This document shows, in pieces, positions 1 to 9,083 of a stretch of DNA of 64,000 nucleotides (position 1 is its first letter; each line of letters starts with the position of its first letter). Made by a program: the position numbers and the translations under genes. This DNA comes from a virus (lineage: Duplodnaviria; Caudoviricetes): positions 1,306-65,305 of the IMG/VR virus record IMGVR_UViG_3300048582_000168; one strand, 5' to 3'. Below the pieces are notes generated by a model that saw nothing but the letters and a program-made list of their open reading frames with translations, did no database searches and was not told where the DNA came from.

Positions 1-1376
1 AATACCAGCGCGAACTGGTCGGTCGAAAAGGGCGGCAGACCTACTTCGAAATGGCGAACGGCGACTCCACGGCGGGCGCCATCCTCTTCTCGATCACGAT
101 GCTCCTGCGGTCGGTCCGGTGGACCTTTCTGGCGTCGGACCCGGACAACGAGGAAGCCGTCGATGCCGCCAAGCTGGTCGAAGACATGCTGGTCAGCGAC
201 ATGCAGCAAAGCTGGCCGGAGGTGATCGACAGCGCATGTTCGATGTTCACCTACGGGTTCGCGGTCAGCGAAATTCTCTGGAAAAAGCGAAACGGGTTCA
301 ACGCGACAAAGCCGTGGCTTTCGTCGGACTTCGATGATGGGCTCTGGGCACCGCGCGCCATTGCCAGCCGGTCGCAGCGCACCATCGACCGGTGGGTCTA
401 CGATGAGGAAGAAAACCTGCTGGGGTTTGTGCAGACCCCGCACGACGGCCCGCAGGTGGTCGTCCCGATCAGGCGCTGCCTCCATTTCCGCACAACCGCC
501 GAACTCGACAACCCGGAGGGACGCCCCGCACTCCGGTCAGCCTACCGGGCGTATTACTTCCTGAAGCGGCTGCAGGAAATCGAGGGAATCGGGATCGAGC
601 GCGACCTCGCCGGTTATCCCGTCCTGAAGGTGCCGAGCGACGTGCTGGACCCGACGAAGGGACCGGAGGCTCAGGCGGCCCGGGTCAGTTACGAGGCGTT
701 CCTGAAGAACGTCCGCCGGGATGAGCAAGAGGGCGTCCTCCTGCCGTCCGACCGCGACGACAAGGGCAACGCGTTCTACGAATTCAGCCTGATCTCGTCG
801 GGCGGCAGCCGGGCGCTGAAGATCGACGAAAGCATCAACCGCTACCAGCGCGACATTGCCCGGTCGGTCATGGCCGACTTCATCTTCCTCGGGGCCGACG
901 GCGGTGGGTCGCTGGCGCTGGGCAAGTCGAAAATCCAGACCTTCGGCGTGGCCATGCGGTCCTACCTCGACCACATCGCGGCGGTGGTGAACGAAAGCCT
1001 GATCCCCCAGATTTGGCGCGTGAACGGGCTGAACGACGAACTGCGCCCCAAAGCGCAGCCGGGCGAGATCGAGCCTGCAGACCTGCAGTCCTTGGGGGCG
1101 TTCCTGACCTCCATGGCGGGCGTCGGCTTCAACCTCGCGGGCGACCGCGCCCTCGAGAACCTGCTGCGCGCCAAGGCCGAACTCACCCCGGCGCCGGACC
1201 CAGAGGATCTGGAAGACTTCGCTCCGACCGGCCCGGCGGCACCGGGCGAGGAGCCGCCGGACGAAAACCCGGACGATGAACTGGACGTCGAGGAAGGCGC
1301 GGACGAAGACGCGACCGATGACGACGTGCGCAAGGGCGACTGGTCGTCCATCTTGGAGGGCTTCGATGCACGCTGA
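1..1376 (+). CDS. Portal protein (DUF935/Mu gp29-like), 5'-truncated
   Basis: Frame is open from the window start (YQRELVGRKGRQTYFEM). Motifs FTYGFAVSEILW, DNPEGRPALRSAY, IGIERDLAGYP and an acidic tail. It follows TerL in circular order. Confidence 0.85.
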   Translation, partial: YQRELVGRKGRQTYFEMANGDSTAGAILFSITMLLRSVRWTFLASDPDNEEAVDAAKLVEDMLVSDMQQSWPEVIDSACSMFTYGFAVSEILWKKRNGFNATKPWLSSDFDDGLWAPRAIASRSQRTIDRWVYDEEENLLGFVQTPHDGPQVVVPIRRCLHFRTTAELDNPEGRPALRSAYRAYYFLKRLQEIEGIGIERDLAGYPVLKVPSDVLDPTKGPEAQAARVSYEAFLKNVRRDEQEGVLLPSDRDDKGNAFYEFSLISSGGSRALKIDESINRYQRDIARSVMADFIFLGADGGGSLALGKSKIQTFGVAMRSYLDHIAAVVNESLIPQIWRVNGLNDELRPKAQPGEIEPADLQSLGAFLTSMAGVGFNLAGDRALENLLRAKAELTPAPDPEDLEDFAPTGPAAPGEEPPDENPDDELDVEEGADEDATDDDVRKGDWSSILEGFDAR

Positions 1377-2235
1377 TCCGCGCGATTTCGGCAAGGCCCT
1401 GCGGCAGCGGGTCGAGGAAGCGGCGGCGGCGGTCGCCAAGTCGACGGTGCAGGGGCACTTCGACACCTTCGGGGATGACGTCCTGAAGCGGGTCGAGGTC
1501 ATCACGACCCAAGAGGCCCGCAAGGCCATGGCCGACGTGAAGGCCGACCTGCACGCGGAGGCGCGGTTCACAACCCGCATGATCGAACAGATCGAACAGC
1601 GGCTGGGCGAGGCGGTGGCGAAGCTGGCTGCCGTCGACATCACCCGGATCGAGGTGCGGCAGTTGGAGGCGGACGCGGACGTCCAGCGCCTGCTGAAACA
1701 GCGCGCCGATCTGGCGGCGGACCTCGTCGGGATCCGGAAGGCAGAGAGCGAACTCCGGCAGCTTGCCACGGCCCTGATCGGGCAGACCGAACAGGTCGAT
1801 CACGTTGCCAAGACCATCGGTGCCCAGATCGCCAAGCTGCAGCAAGAGACCGAAGACCGCGCCACGGCGGCGGCCAACCTCGCGGTCACCGGCATGCAGG
1901 CGACCGTCTTGCAGAAAATGCAAGACGACTTCGGCGCGATGCGAGAGGAACTCGAGACACACTTCCTCGCCAAGCTGCGTGACGACCTGAGCGAGATTTT
2001 CGGGCACGGCATCGCGGACGCATTCAAGGGCCCGCACGTCGAAGGTGACACATACAAGCGCGGTGATATGGTGATGTTCCTCGGGTCGACGTGGATCGCC
2101 AAGCGCGAGACGGACATGAAGCCGTCGATCTCCGAGGGCAAGGATGCGCCGTGGGGGCTTCTCGCGGCGGGCGGGTTCGGTCACAAGCTGATCGAGAAGA
2201 ACAAGCGGGCAGCGTCCGGCGGGCGCAAGGGGTAG
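1366..2235 (+). CDS. Coiled-coil head-associated protein
   Basis: GGAGG RBS before ATG 1366. Long helical region, then GDTYKRGDMVMFLGSTWIAK, a small beta module seen in virion proteins. Confidence 0.55.
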   Translation: MHADPRDFGKALRQRVEEAAAAVAKSTVQGHFDTFGDDVLKRVEVITTQEARKAMADVKADLHAEARFTTRMIEQIEQRLGEAVAKLAAVDITRIEVRQLEADADVQRLLKQRADLAADLVGIRKAESELRQLATALIGQTEQVDHVAKTIGAQIAKLQQETEDRATAAANLAVTGMQATVLQKMQDDFGAMREELETHFLAKLRDDLSEIFGHGIADAFKGPHVEGDTYKRGDMVMFLGSTWIAKRETDMKPSISEGKDAPWGLLAAGGFGHKLIEKNKRAASGGRKG

Positions 2236-2236
2236 G

Positions 2237-2467
2237 ATGGTGGCCAGCAACATCATCGCGTTCAGGGCTGAGGAAGGCTTCAGGAACGCCGTCGAGAAGG
2301 CAGCGACATTTCACGGGACGAACCGGTCGCTGCTGCTGAAGTCGTGGATCGTCGACCGGCTGGTCGCCGAAGGTTTCGCAGTCATAGAGGATATCACCGA
2401 TGAGCAGGATCAGGCCGGGGACGACCGCATGGACGAAAGCGATGCGGAACTTGCAGGGGTCGACTGA
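2237..2467 (+). CDS. Small ribbon-helix-helix-like protein
   Basis: IIAFRAEEGFRNAVEKAA...NRSLLLKSWI beta-alpha-alpha pattern; abuts the upstream stop. Confidence 0.4.
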   Translation: MVASNIIAFRAEEGFRNAVEKAATFHGTNRSLLLKSWIVDRLVAEGFAVIEDITDEQDQAGDDRMDESDAELAGVD

Positions 2468-3167
2468 CACGGCCCTAGATCAGAGCATGGGGCGCAAGGC
2501 GGCCCGGCTGGCGAGGAAGCCGCACGTCGTGGGTAGCATCGCGCTGGACCAGAGGCTGCGGCGCGGTCCTCCTCGTGGGGAACCGACGATCACCATCGGC
2601 GGTGTCGGCACGGCGGTAGCGACAATCACGTTCGACCTGCCGCCCGGGACGGTCTGTCACGACGGAGAGATCAACCTTAATCGGATGACGGTCGACGGTT
2701 TCAACCGCGACCTCGACGCGCGAAGCGAACCCATCAGCAACCCGGACTTCTGGATTGGCTGGTTTAACGGGCAGGACGGGCAGCCTTCGGTAGCAGGGCT
2801 GACGGCTGTCGAACTTGCCGCGCTTTGGCACTACGACGGCACGTTTCCCAGCACGGGCAGCGATACAGAAGTGACCTGCAGGGCTGCCGGGAACGTGGTG
2901 ACCATCACCGAAGTCGACGGCAAGATCATTTCCTTCCTTCAGGTCGACTGGACCAAGGCTGCCCCGGCGGCGGCACAGGTCGACCCGGTGACGGACCCGG
3001 TCAGCTTCCCGTGGGACACGATGACGACCCATGCCCAGATCGACGGCTGGGCGGACGCGCAAGGCGTCGCCCGGGGTGCGGACTGGGGGCAGATGACGCT
3101 GGCCAGCAAGCGGCAATGGCTGGTCGCCTACTATGACGGCGCGACGCCGTGGATCACCGGAAACTGA
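2400..3167 (+). CDS. Putative head decoration protein
   Basis: GAGG RBS. N-terminal ~55 aa is paralogous to the next ORF; beta-rich core. Confidence 0.5.
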   Translation: MSRIRPGTTAWTKAMRNLQGSTDTALDQSMGRKAARLARKPHVVGSIALDQRLRRGPPRGEPTITIGGVGTAVATITFDLPPGTVCHDGEINLNRMTVDGFNRDLDARSEPISNPDFWIGWFNGQDGQPSVAGLTAVELAALWHYDGTFPSTGSDTEVTCRAAGNVVTITEVDGKIISFLQVDWTKAAPAAAQVDPVTDPVSFPWDTMTTHAQIDGWADAQGVARGADWGQMTLASKRQWLVAYYDGATPWITGN

Positions 3168-3177
3168 GGGGGCTGGC

Positions 3178-5907
3178 ATGGCATCGGGGCGCATTCAACC
3201 CGGATCGCGGCAATGGGTCGAGGCCATGCGCCGCCTTTCAGGCACCGAAGACACGACGGTCGACATGTCGATGGGGCGCAAGGTGTCCCGCGACGCGGCC
3301 ATCCCGCACGGCATGGGCACGGCGACACTTGACACCCGGCTGAGGGGTGCTGGCGCCTTTGTTCCGGTTGACCTGATCACTCCGGCGGTCCTTGCCTTGT
3401 CGGAAGATGAAGACGCCTTGACCTATACGCAGGGCGTCTGGTCGGGCGTGCCAGAGCCGGTAATCACCGGAAACCTGAACGTGGTCGGCGGTCCGTCTGG
3501 AATTTCGGTTCAGCCGGGCCCTATTCCTATCGATGATGCATGGCGTGGACGGCGGGTAAGCATCCTCGAGGGCGCGACCAATGATGGCGGCGCGACAGGG
3601 ATGCAGCAGGTCAGTAATTCTCTGGTGGTCCCTGCATTCCCAGCCTTGGATGCCGACGTGCGGGCTATCGTCGAGGGGCGGGGTTTCGTCTTTGACCCGT
3701 CCGACCTCTCCACCCTCCGCGACAGCACGGGAGGCCCTATCACGGGGCCTGACCTTATTGGTCGGATCAACGGCAAGTGGGGTGCAGGGACCGAGAACCT
3801 CTCCCTCCAGAGCCCCTTCCCTTCGCTGACCGCAGAGAGTGACCTTAGCTTCTTGCGGGGGCTTGGGTTTGCGGGCTTCAACTTCCGGGGTGGGGATGCC
3901 TACTGCGTGACGCTGGGCTTCAGGGTTCCCGCCCTTAATGCCGGAACTCTTCTCTATCGCCGTGAGCGAGGCAGCGGCAACGAGATGCTGGACGTCGTCC
4001 TGAACCCTGACGGGACGGTCACGGTCCTGATCGCCGGGTCTGATCAGCAGCGGGCGAACTCCGTCACGATCACTACCACCGACAGGGTGCAGCCGGGGGA
4101 ATTCTTCTCGATCACCGCGCTGGCAAACTTCACGGCAAACACCGCCGAGGTCTGGCTGAACGGTGTAAGCCAAGGGACCGGCACCTTCTCGAGCGCCGCC
4201 GGGCCTGCGACCAGCATGACCCAGACGTGGGTGGTTCTGTATGCCATCGAACAGACCCTGTTCCGCCGGGTGGTCGAGTATGCTGGCCTGCCGACGGCAG
4301 ACGAGCGCGACCTGTTCGAGCGGTGGGTCACTCAGTCCGCCGGGGTGGGCCGGTCTCTGAGCGACAAGGTTCAGGCGATCATCGGCACGACGGCTGGCTT
4401 CGCCTTCGACCCTTTCGACTTCGCGACCAACCTGACCACGGGCAACGTTCCGGCGACTGCCCTCGGGCAGCCCATCCTGCGGCAGAACGCCAAGTGGGGC
4501 AGCGCGCCGGGGTTCTTCAGCGGCGGCGGCGTGCGACCCGTGATCGAGGCGCAAGGGCTGATCAACCCGGTGTCGGCGACCACCAACCCGACGACGAACG
4601 CAGACGCCATCCTGCGGGGGTTTTTCCGCAACCGGTCGGCAATCTTCATCTGTCAGGCGATGCAGGTGCCGCGCCGCCCGGCATCCCGTGCGCACGCCAT
4701 CGCCTGCTCGCAAGTCAGCGGCGCGCTGGGCAGGCTGACCCTCCACACCGACTACGACCTGTCGGTCACGTTCAACTATCGCCGGACCGATCTGGGCGAT
4801 GGGGCTGGCAAGGTCGAACTGCCGCCGAACACGCTGGTGCCCGGAGAGCGGACCGTCGTCTCCTGCGCGGTGGACTTTGCGAACGGCGGCGCCCGCATCT
4901 GGAAGGACGGCGTGCTTGGGGACAGCAGCGCCGTCCCGGCGGCGGGCGGAAACCTCGAGGATACCCTGCCGACCCGTGTGCGGTCGGGGGCTTTCGTCGC
5001 GGGCGGCGTCAACGAATTCTTCGAAGGCGGGCTGGGGCGGGCGGTCTATCTGCCGTTCATCCCGACTGCAGCCCAGCAAAAGGTGATCGAGGCATGGGCG
5101 GCGGAGCCTCCAGAGGTGGAGTTGCCGACGGTCGCCAACCCGACCCTGACCGAGCGCGTGCAGGCCATCCTGCGGCAGACGAAGGGCTTCGCGCTGGACC
5201 CGCAAGACCTGACCCTGCTGTGGCAGGATGATGAAGCGATCACCCCGGTCACGGCGCCCGGGCAGCCGGTCGGCGCCATCCGGTCCAAGTTTGGCAACAC
5301 CTCCTACACCTACCGGGCAGCCGACCCCATCGTGACGGCCTACGAAGGCGGGGCAATCTCGTTCGACGGGGCTGACGGCGGCCTGATCAACCCGAGCGAC
5401 AACTTCACGACGAGCAACACCGGCATGCTTGTGGTGGCCCGGGTCGCAGCAGTGGCAGGTCAGCAGGATGACGCGCCCGTGGTGGCCTTCCTTGGCGTCG
5501 GCGGCGGCACGCGGATGGCGCTGGAACTGAAGTCAGACCTGCGCCCGGCCTTCTCGGTCGCGAGGCCGGACGCGAACGAACTGCAGATCACCGGCACCGC
5601 ACCCCTGACGCCCGGGCAGGCGCACACCCTGTCGGTCCGTGCCCTTTTCTTGGGCGCCCCCGCCCCCGTGCAGGGGTTCCTCGATGGCGTCCTCGCGGCA
5701 GAGGGCGTCCTCACCGGCACGCCTGCCGTGACCGATGCGCCCGTCGCGCCTTACGGTGGGCTCGGTCAGTGGGGTGACACCGCGCTGCAGTTTTCGGGCT
5801 ACGTCGGGCGGGTGGTCTGCGCGCACTTTTTCCAGACCGACAAGGACCGGCAGGTATTCGAGGCATGGGTCGCCGAAGGACCGTGGCCAGCGGTTCCGCC
5901 GGGCTGA
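3178..5907 (+). CDS. Head fibre/decoration protein with three LamG/ConA-like repeats
   Basis: Three repeats each begin V(R/Q)AI..GF.(F/L)DP.D, contain (N/S)xK(W/F)G, and end E.W(V/A). Confidence 0.6.
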   Translation: MASGRIQPGSRQWVEAMRRLSGTEDTTVDMSMGRKVSRDAAIPHGMGTATLDTRLRGAGAFVPVDLITPAVLALSEDEDALTYTQGVWSGVPEPVITGNLNVVGGPSGISVQPGPIPIDDAWRGRRVSILEGATNDGGATGMQQVSNSLVVPAFPALDADVRAIVEGRGFVFDPSDLSTLRDSTGGPITGPDLIGRINGKWGAGTENLSLQSPFPSLTAESDLSFLRGLGFAGFNFRGGDAYCVTLGFRVPALNAGTLLYRRERGSGNEMLDVVLNPDGTVTVLIAGSDQQRANSVTITTTDRVQPGEFFSITALANFTANTAEVWLNGVSQGTGTFSSAAGPATSMTQTWVVLYAIEQTLFRRVVEYAGLPTADERDLFERWVTQSAGVGRSLSDKVQAIIGTTAGFAFDPFDFATNLTTGNVPATALGQPILRQNAKWGSAPGFFSGGGVRPVIEAQGLINPVSATTNPTTNADAILRGFFRNRSAIFICQAMQVPRRPASRAHAIACSQVSGALGRLTLHTDYDLSVTFNYRRTDLGDGAGKVELPPNTLVPGERTVVSCAVDFANGGARIWKDGVLGDSSAVPAAGGNLEDTLPTRVRSGAFVAGGVNEFFEGGLGRAVYLPFIPTAAQQKVIEAWAAEPPEVELPTVANPTLTERVQAILRQTKGFALDPQDLTLLWQDDEAITPVTAPGQPVGAIRSKFGNTSYTYRAADPIVTAYEGGAISFDGADGGLINPSDNFTTSNTGMLVVARVAAVAGQQDDAPVVAFLGVGGGTRMALELKSDLRPAFSVARPDANELQITGTAPLTPGQAHTLSVRALFLGAPAPVQGFLDGVLAAEGVLTGTPAVTDAPVAPYGGLGQWGDTALQFSGYVGRVVCAHFFQTDKDRQVFEAWVAEGPWPAVPPG

Positions 5908-5919
5908 ACAGGGGCACAC

Positions 5920-7377
5920 GTGGATCCGAAACTCGCCGAAGTGCTGTCGAAATACGAGCCGCAGCTTCGGGCAGCGGTCGAGGCGATGCTGGCCAAGGTC
6001 CAGTCGAGCGCAAGCCTTGCCCAGATCGAGGCATTCATCCTGCAGGGCGACATTGCCGGGCTGGTGGGCTACGTCCAGAAACTCTACGCGGCGGCGGCAC
6101 CGGAGATGATCGCGGTTCTGTCCGCCATCGTCGCGGCGGCAGGCACGGCGGCAGAGGCGGACATTCGGTCGGCGGCGGCCAAGGCGGTGCGGGAAAACCA
6201 GCGGCTGGCGGCGGCAGGGCTGCGGCTGATGCCGGTCCCCATCGGGTCACCCCAGATGCCTGCGAGCGGCGCGGGGATCACGTTCTATGGTGAGGGCAAG
6301 ACGCCGGACAGCCCGGGCTACCGGTTCAACCCGATCAACCCCAAGACCATTGCGGCCACCCGGACGTGGCAGGGCAACCTTATCCAAGAGATGCTGCCGC
6401 CCGGTCGAGAGGACATCATGGCCATGGTGCGCGAGGGCTTGCTGGCGGGCGAGAACCCCCGCACGACCGCGCGCAAGATCAGGGTGGGGCTTGACCTGAC
6501 AACGTCGCAAAAGGGCCACGTCGAAAACTTCGGTGCCACCATCGATGAGATTGTCGCGGGGGCGAAGAACATCGACGCCTCATGGGGGCTTTACACCCCC
6601 GAGATGATCGAGCGGATGCGGAAGGACAACCCGGTCAAATTCCGGCAGATGAACTTCACCCCGGGCGAGATCAAGGGCGGTCGCCAGTGGGCCAAGATAA
6701 GCCGGGCAGCGGGAGGTGTCGGCGGGCAGGGCCCTATCGGCTTTCAGGGCGGCGGCGACCAGATGCCGAAGACCTTCACGACGCAATACATGGATGCCAC
6801 CGGCCAGATCAGGACGCGGACCCATAGCTTCGTGCAGACCGGGGAAAGCGCCTTCCGCGTCGACGCGAAGGGCAACCCTCTGGACGGGATCACATCGTTT
6901 CGACTGCGCGACAAGCGGCTGGATCCCTACCTCTACGAGGTGATGGCGGCCAAGACGCCCGAGGCGAAGGCGTTCGCGCAAAAGCAACTCGACGCCGTCG
7001 CCGGGCAGATGAAGAAACGCTACCATGAGCGATACACCAAGCATCGCAGCATGGTGATCGCGCGGACCGAAGCCTTGCGCGCGGCCAACCTCGGGTCATA
7101 CGAGGCGTGGCGGCAGGCGCTGGAAGACAACAGCCTGTTCGAACCGGGGCAGGTCCGCGCCTATTGGACGACCGCGAAAGACGACCGCGTGCGGCCAGAC
7201 CACGTCTCGCTGGGCAGGAAGTATGGTCGAGGGACGAAGGGCGTCCCGTTCGGAACCCCCTTCACCGCCCCCGGTCGGTTGGCAAATGACCCGCCGCGCC
7301 CGGTCATGTTCCCGCCGCTGGATCCCAACTGCCGGTGCGTCCTGACCTATGGGGTGGACCTCACCCCCACGACGTAG
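5920..7377 (+). CDS. MuF/SPP1 gp7-like head morphogenesis protein
   Basis: IARTE, W.TAKDDRVRPDH and PPLDPNCRC motifs. Confidence 0.85.
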   Translation: MDPKLAEVLSKYEPQLRAAVEAMLAKVQSSASLAQIEAFILQGDIAGLVGYVQKLYAAAAPEMIAVLSAIVAAAGTAAEADIRSAAAKAVRENQRLAAAGLRLMPVPIGSPQMPASGAGITFYGEGKTPDSPGYRFNPINPKTIAATRTWQGNLIQEMLPPGREDIMAMVREGLLAGENPRTTARKIRVGLDLTTSQKGHVENFGATIDEIVAGAKNIDASWGLYTPEMIERMRKDNPVKFRQMNFTPGEIKGGRQWAKISRAAGGVGGQGPIGFQGGGDQMPKTFTTQYMDATGQIRTRTHSFVQTGESAFRVDAKGNPLDGITSFRLRDKRLDPYLYEVMAAKTPEAKAFAQKQLDAVAGQMKKRYHERYTKHRSMVIARTEALRAANLGSYEAWRQALEDNSLFEPGQVRAYWTTAKDDRVRPDHVSLGRKYGRGTKGVPFGTPFTAPGRLANDPPRPVMFPPLDPNCRCVLTYGVDLTPTT

Positions 7378-8020
7378 GGCTGGACGGCGCCAGAATCTGG
7401 CTACCAAGGACGTCCCGGTCAAAGACCTCCGTCCCGCCCCGGGATGACAGGAACTCTGTCGGAAAGACGCGGTGTTTTTCATTCGCCCGCAAGACCCTTT
7501 CCTCCTCCAAGCAGGCGTCGAACCGAGAGGGGAACAGGACGCACTGCAGCGGCGTCAAAGTGGCCAGCTTTTCCCCCTGAAACCGAAGTGAAAAACCGAC
7601 ACTTGTGATCCCGATCTTGAACCCGGTGACGCCACTCATGTGGTCGACGCGAGCGTAATAAAGCCAAGTCGGCGGTCCGCATTCGGCGGGGCGATTAAGC
7701 AGTTTTGCGTGCAGCTTTGCCGACAGGTAGTGCGGGTCGTAGAGGGCGGAATATCGGGCGGCAGTCGTGTCCCGCCATTCGTATCGCAGGCCATGCATGA
7801 AGGAAAAGACACCCCCATTATGGGTCAGATCACCCTCATGGACCCAGACGTTCCGATAGTCGAATCGCGGGTCATTTGGAAAACCGGTGCGGGTGTCGGC
7901 GAGGGTGTGGCAGGCTTCCAGCGCGGCCCTATGTGCGGTCTCGGCTTTCGACTTGTCCGCAAAAGAGTTTCCGACACCAGCGCGTCCGACGTTCCATTTT
8001 CCCTCGGGGACGGACGTCAT
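7361..8020 (-). CDS. GIY-YIG-like (T5orf172/Mug113-type) endonuclease
   Basis: WLYYARV...FKIGIT...LRF...EEERVL...GGTEVF pattern; start is uncertain. Confidence 0.6.
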   Translation of the reverse strand: MTSVPEGKWNVGRAGVGNSFADKSKAETAHRAALEACHTLADTRTGFPNDPRFDYRNVWVHEGDLTHNGGVFSFMHGLRYEWRDTTAARYSALYDPHYLSAKLHAKLLNRPAECGPPTWLYYARVDHMSGVTGFKIGITSVGFSLRFQGEKLATLTPLQCVLFPSRFDACLEEERVLRANEKHRVFPTEFLSSRGGTEVFDRDVLGSQILAPSSPTSWG

Positions 8021-8261
8021 GGGTGCGCGGCGCGTTGATGAATAGTGGGGGCTGCCGCAGACATAGCCTCCGGAAAAGAGCCCATGGATGGCTGAGTCAG
8101 CGTTACCGGAAAGGAAGTCTAGCATCACTCCTCACGCTCCCAGCCGACGGTCGGCCAGATGCCCAGTCGCAGGTAGGTCCAGAACGGGATGCGCCACCAG
8201 AGGCGGCCAATGTAGCCCTCCCATGCGGTGGCGCCCCGGAAAGCGTTCATCTTCATCTTCA

Positions 8262-8693
8262 TCAGCGGTCGCCCTCCCAATCCTGCGAGGGTTTCTCGGT
8301 TGCGATGGGGAACGCGCCACCGACGTCGCGCAAAAGCACCCGCCGGGCCTGTTCTTCCTGCACCGCAGCGACGATGGCCTGCGAGGCGAAGGCCAGCCGA
8401 CCGCCATGGGTGGCCAGCGTGTCGATCAGACCGTCATCGCTCAGGGTGCGCAACTGCAGGCCCCGGGTGGCGGAATCGATATCAGACTGGTGGATGGCGC
8501 GGGACGGCTTGCCCAGCGCGACGTCCGGAATCAGCAACTCCTTGAAGCGCCGGATGGTGGCCAGCTTGGCCCCGAACGCGATGGCGTCACCGACCCCGAT
8601 GCCAGCCTTCTGGGCAGCGTGAGCCTCGGCGGTGATCGTGTCGACGGCCATGCAGACCTGCTCGGTCCGCGCGAGGGATTGAAGGAAGTCCAT
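8262..8693 (-). CDS. Hypothetical protein
   Basis: TGATG coupling with the upstream ORF at 8691-8695. Confidence 0.5.
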   Translation of the reverse strand: MDFLQSLARTEQVCMAVDTITAEAHAAQKAGIGVGDAIAFGAKLATIRRFKELLIPDVALGKPSRAIHQSDIDSATRGLQLRTLSDDGLIDTLATHGGRLAFASQAIVAAVQEEQARRVLLRDVGGAFPIATEKPSQDWEGDR

Positions 8694-8917
8694 CAGGAAC
8701 ACCCGGCCTTGACGCGCTTGCGTTCGGTCGCCTCGTGATCGACAGGCTCACCCATCGTGGTTTTCAGGTCGTCAAGCGACACTTGGGCCCGGTAGGCGTG
8801 GCATTGCAGCGAATCGTCGGCAGCCGACTGGGTGTAGGAATCCAAGAGGCGAGGGCCGAAGCCTGCGACAGCACCGGCCACAAGAATCGCGAGCGGGATG
8901 ATGAGACGGTTATCCAT
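8693..8917 (-). CDS. Small membrane-anchored protein
   Basis: N-terminal hydrophobic helix LIIPLAILVAGAVAGF; CTGAAAGGA RBS. Confidence 0.55.
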   Translation of the reverse strand: MDNRLIIPLAILVAGAVAGFGPRLLDSYTQSAADDSLQCHAYRAQVSLDDLKTTMGEPVDHEATERKRVKAGCS

Positions 8918-8990
8918 GAGCGAAGCATCCTTTCAGGGGCAGGACAGATCGTCCCGCGATGGAAGGCAGGTAAGCAGAGCCGCAGAACTT

Positions 8991-9008
8991 GTCAAGTCCA
9001 GACTTGAC
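8991..9008. promoter_or_regulatory. Palindromic operator overlapping a TTGAC -35 box (perfect copy)
   Basis: GTCAAGTC-CA-GACTTGAC; variants occur at 6 other sites. Confidence 0.7.
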
Positions 9009-9083
9009 GAAAACGGGTGCTTTCCGCAGGCCCCATCACAGGCTATTCTAGGCGCAACCGAAACCGCCCGAAACGAGGCTCCC

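Noticed and set aside
8898-9083. N-terminal extension of the 1646-aa ORF
   Set aside because: It overlaps a minus-strand gene and the operator; ATG 9084 has a GAGG RBS.
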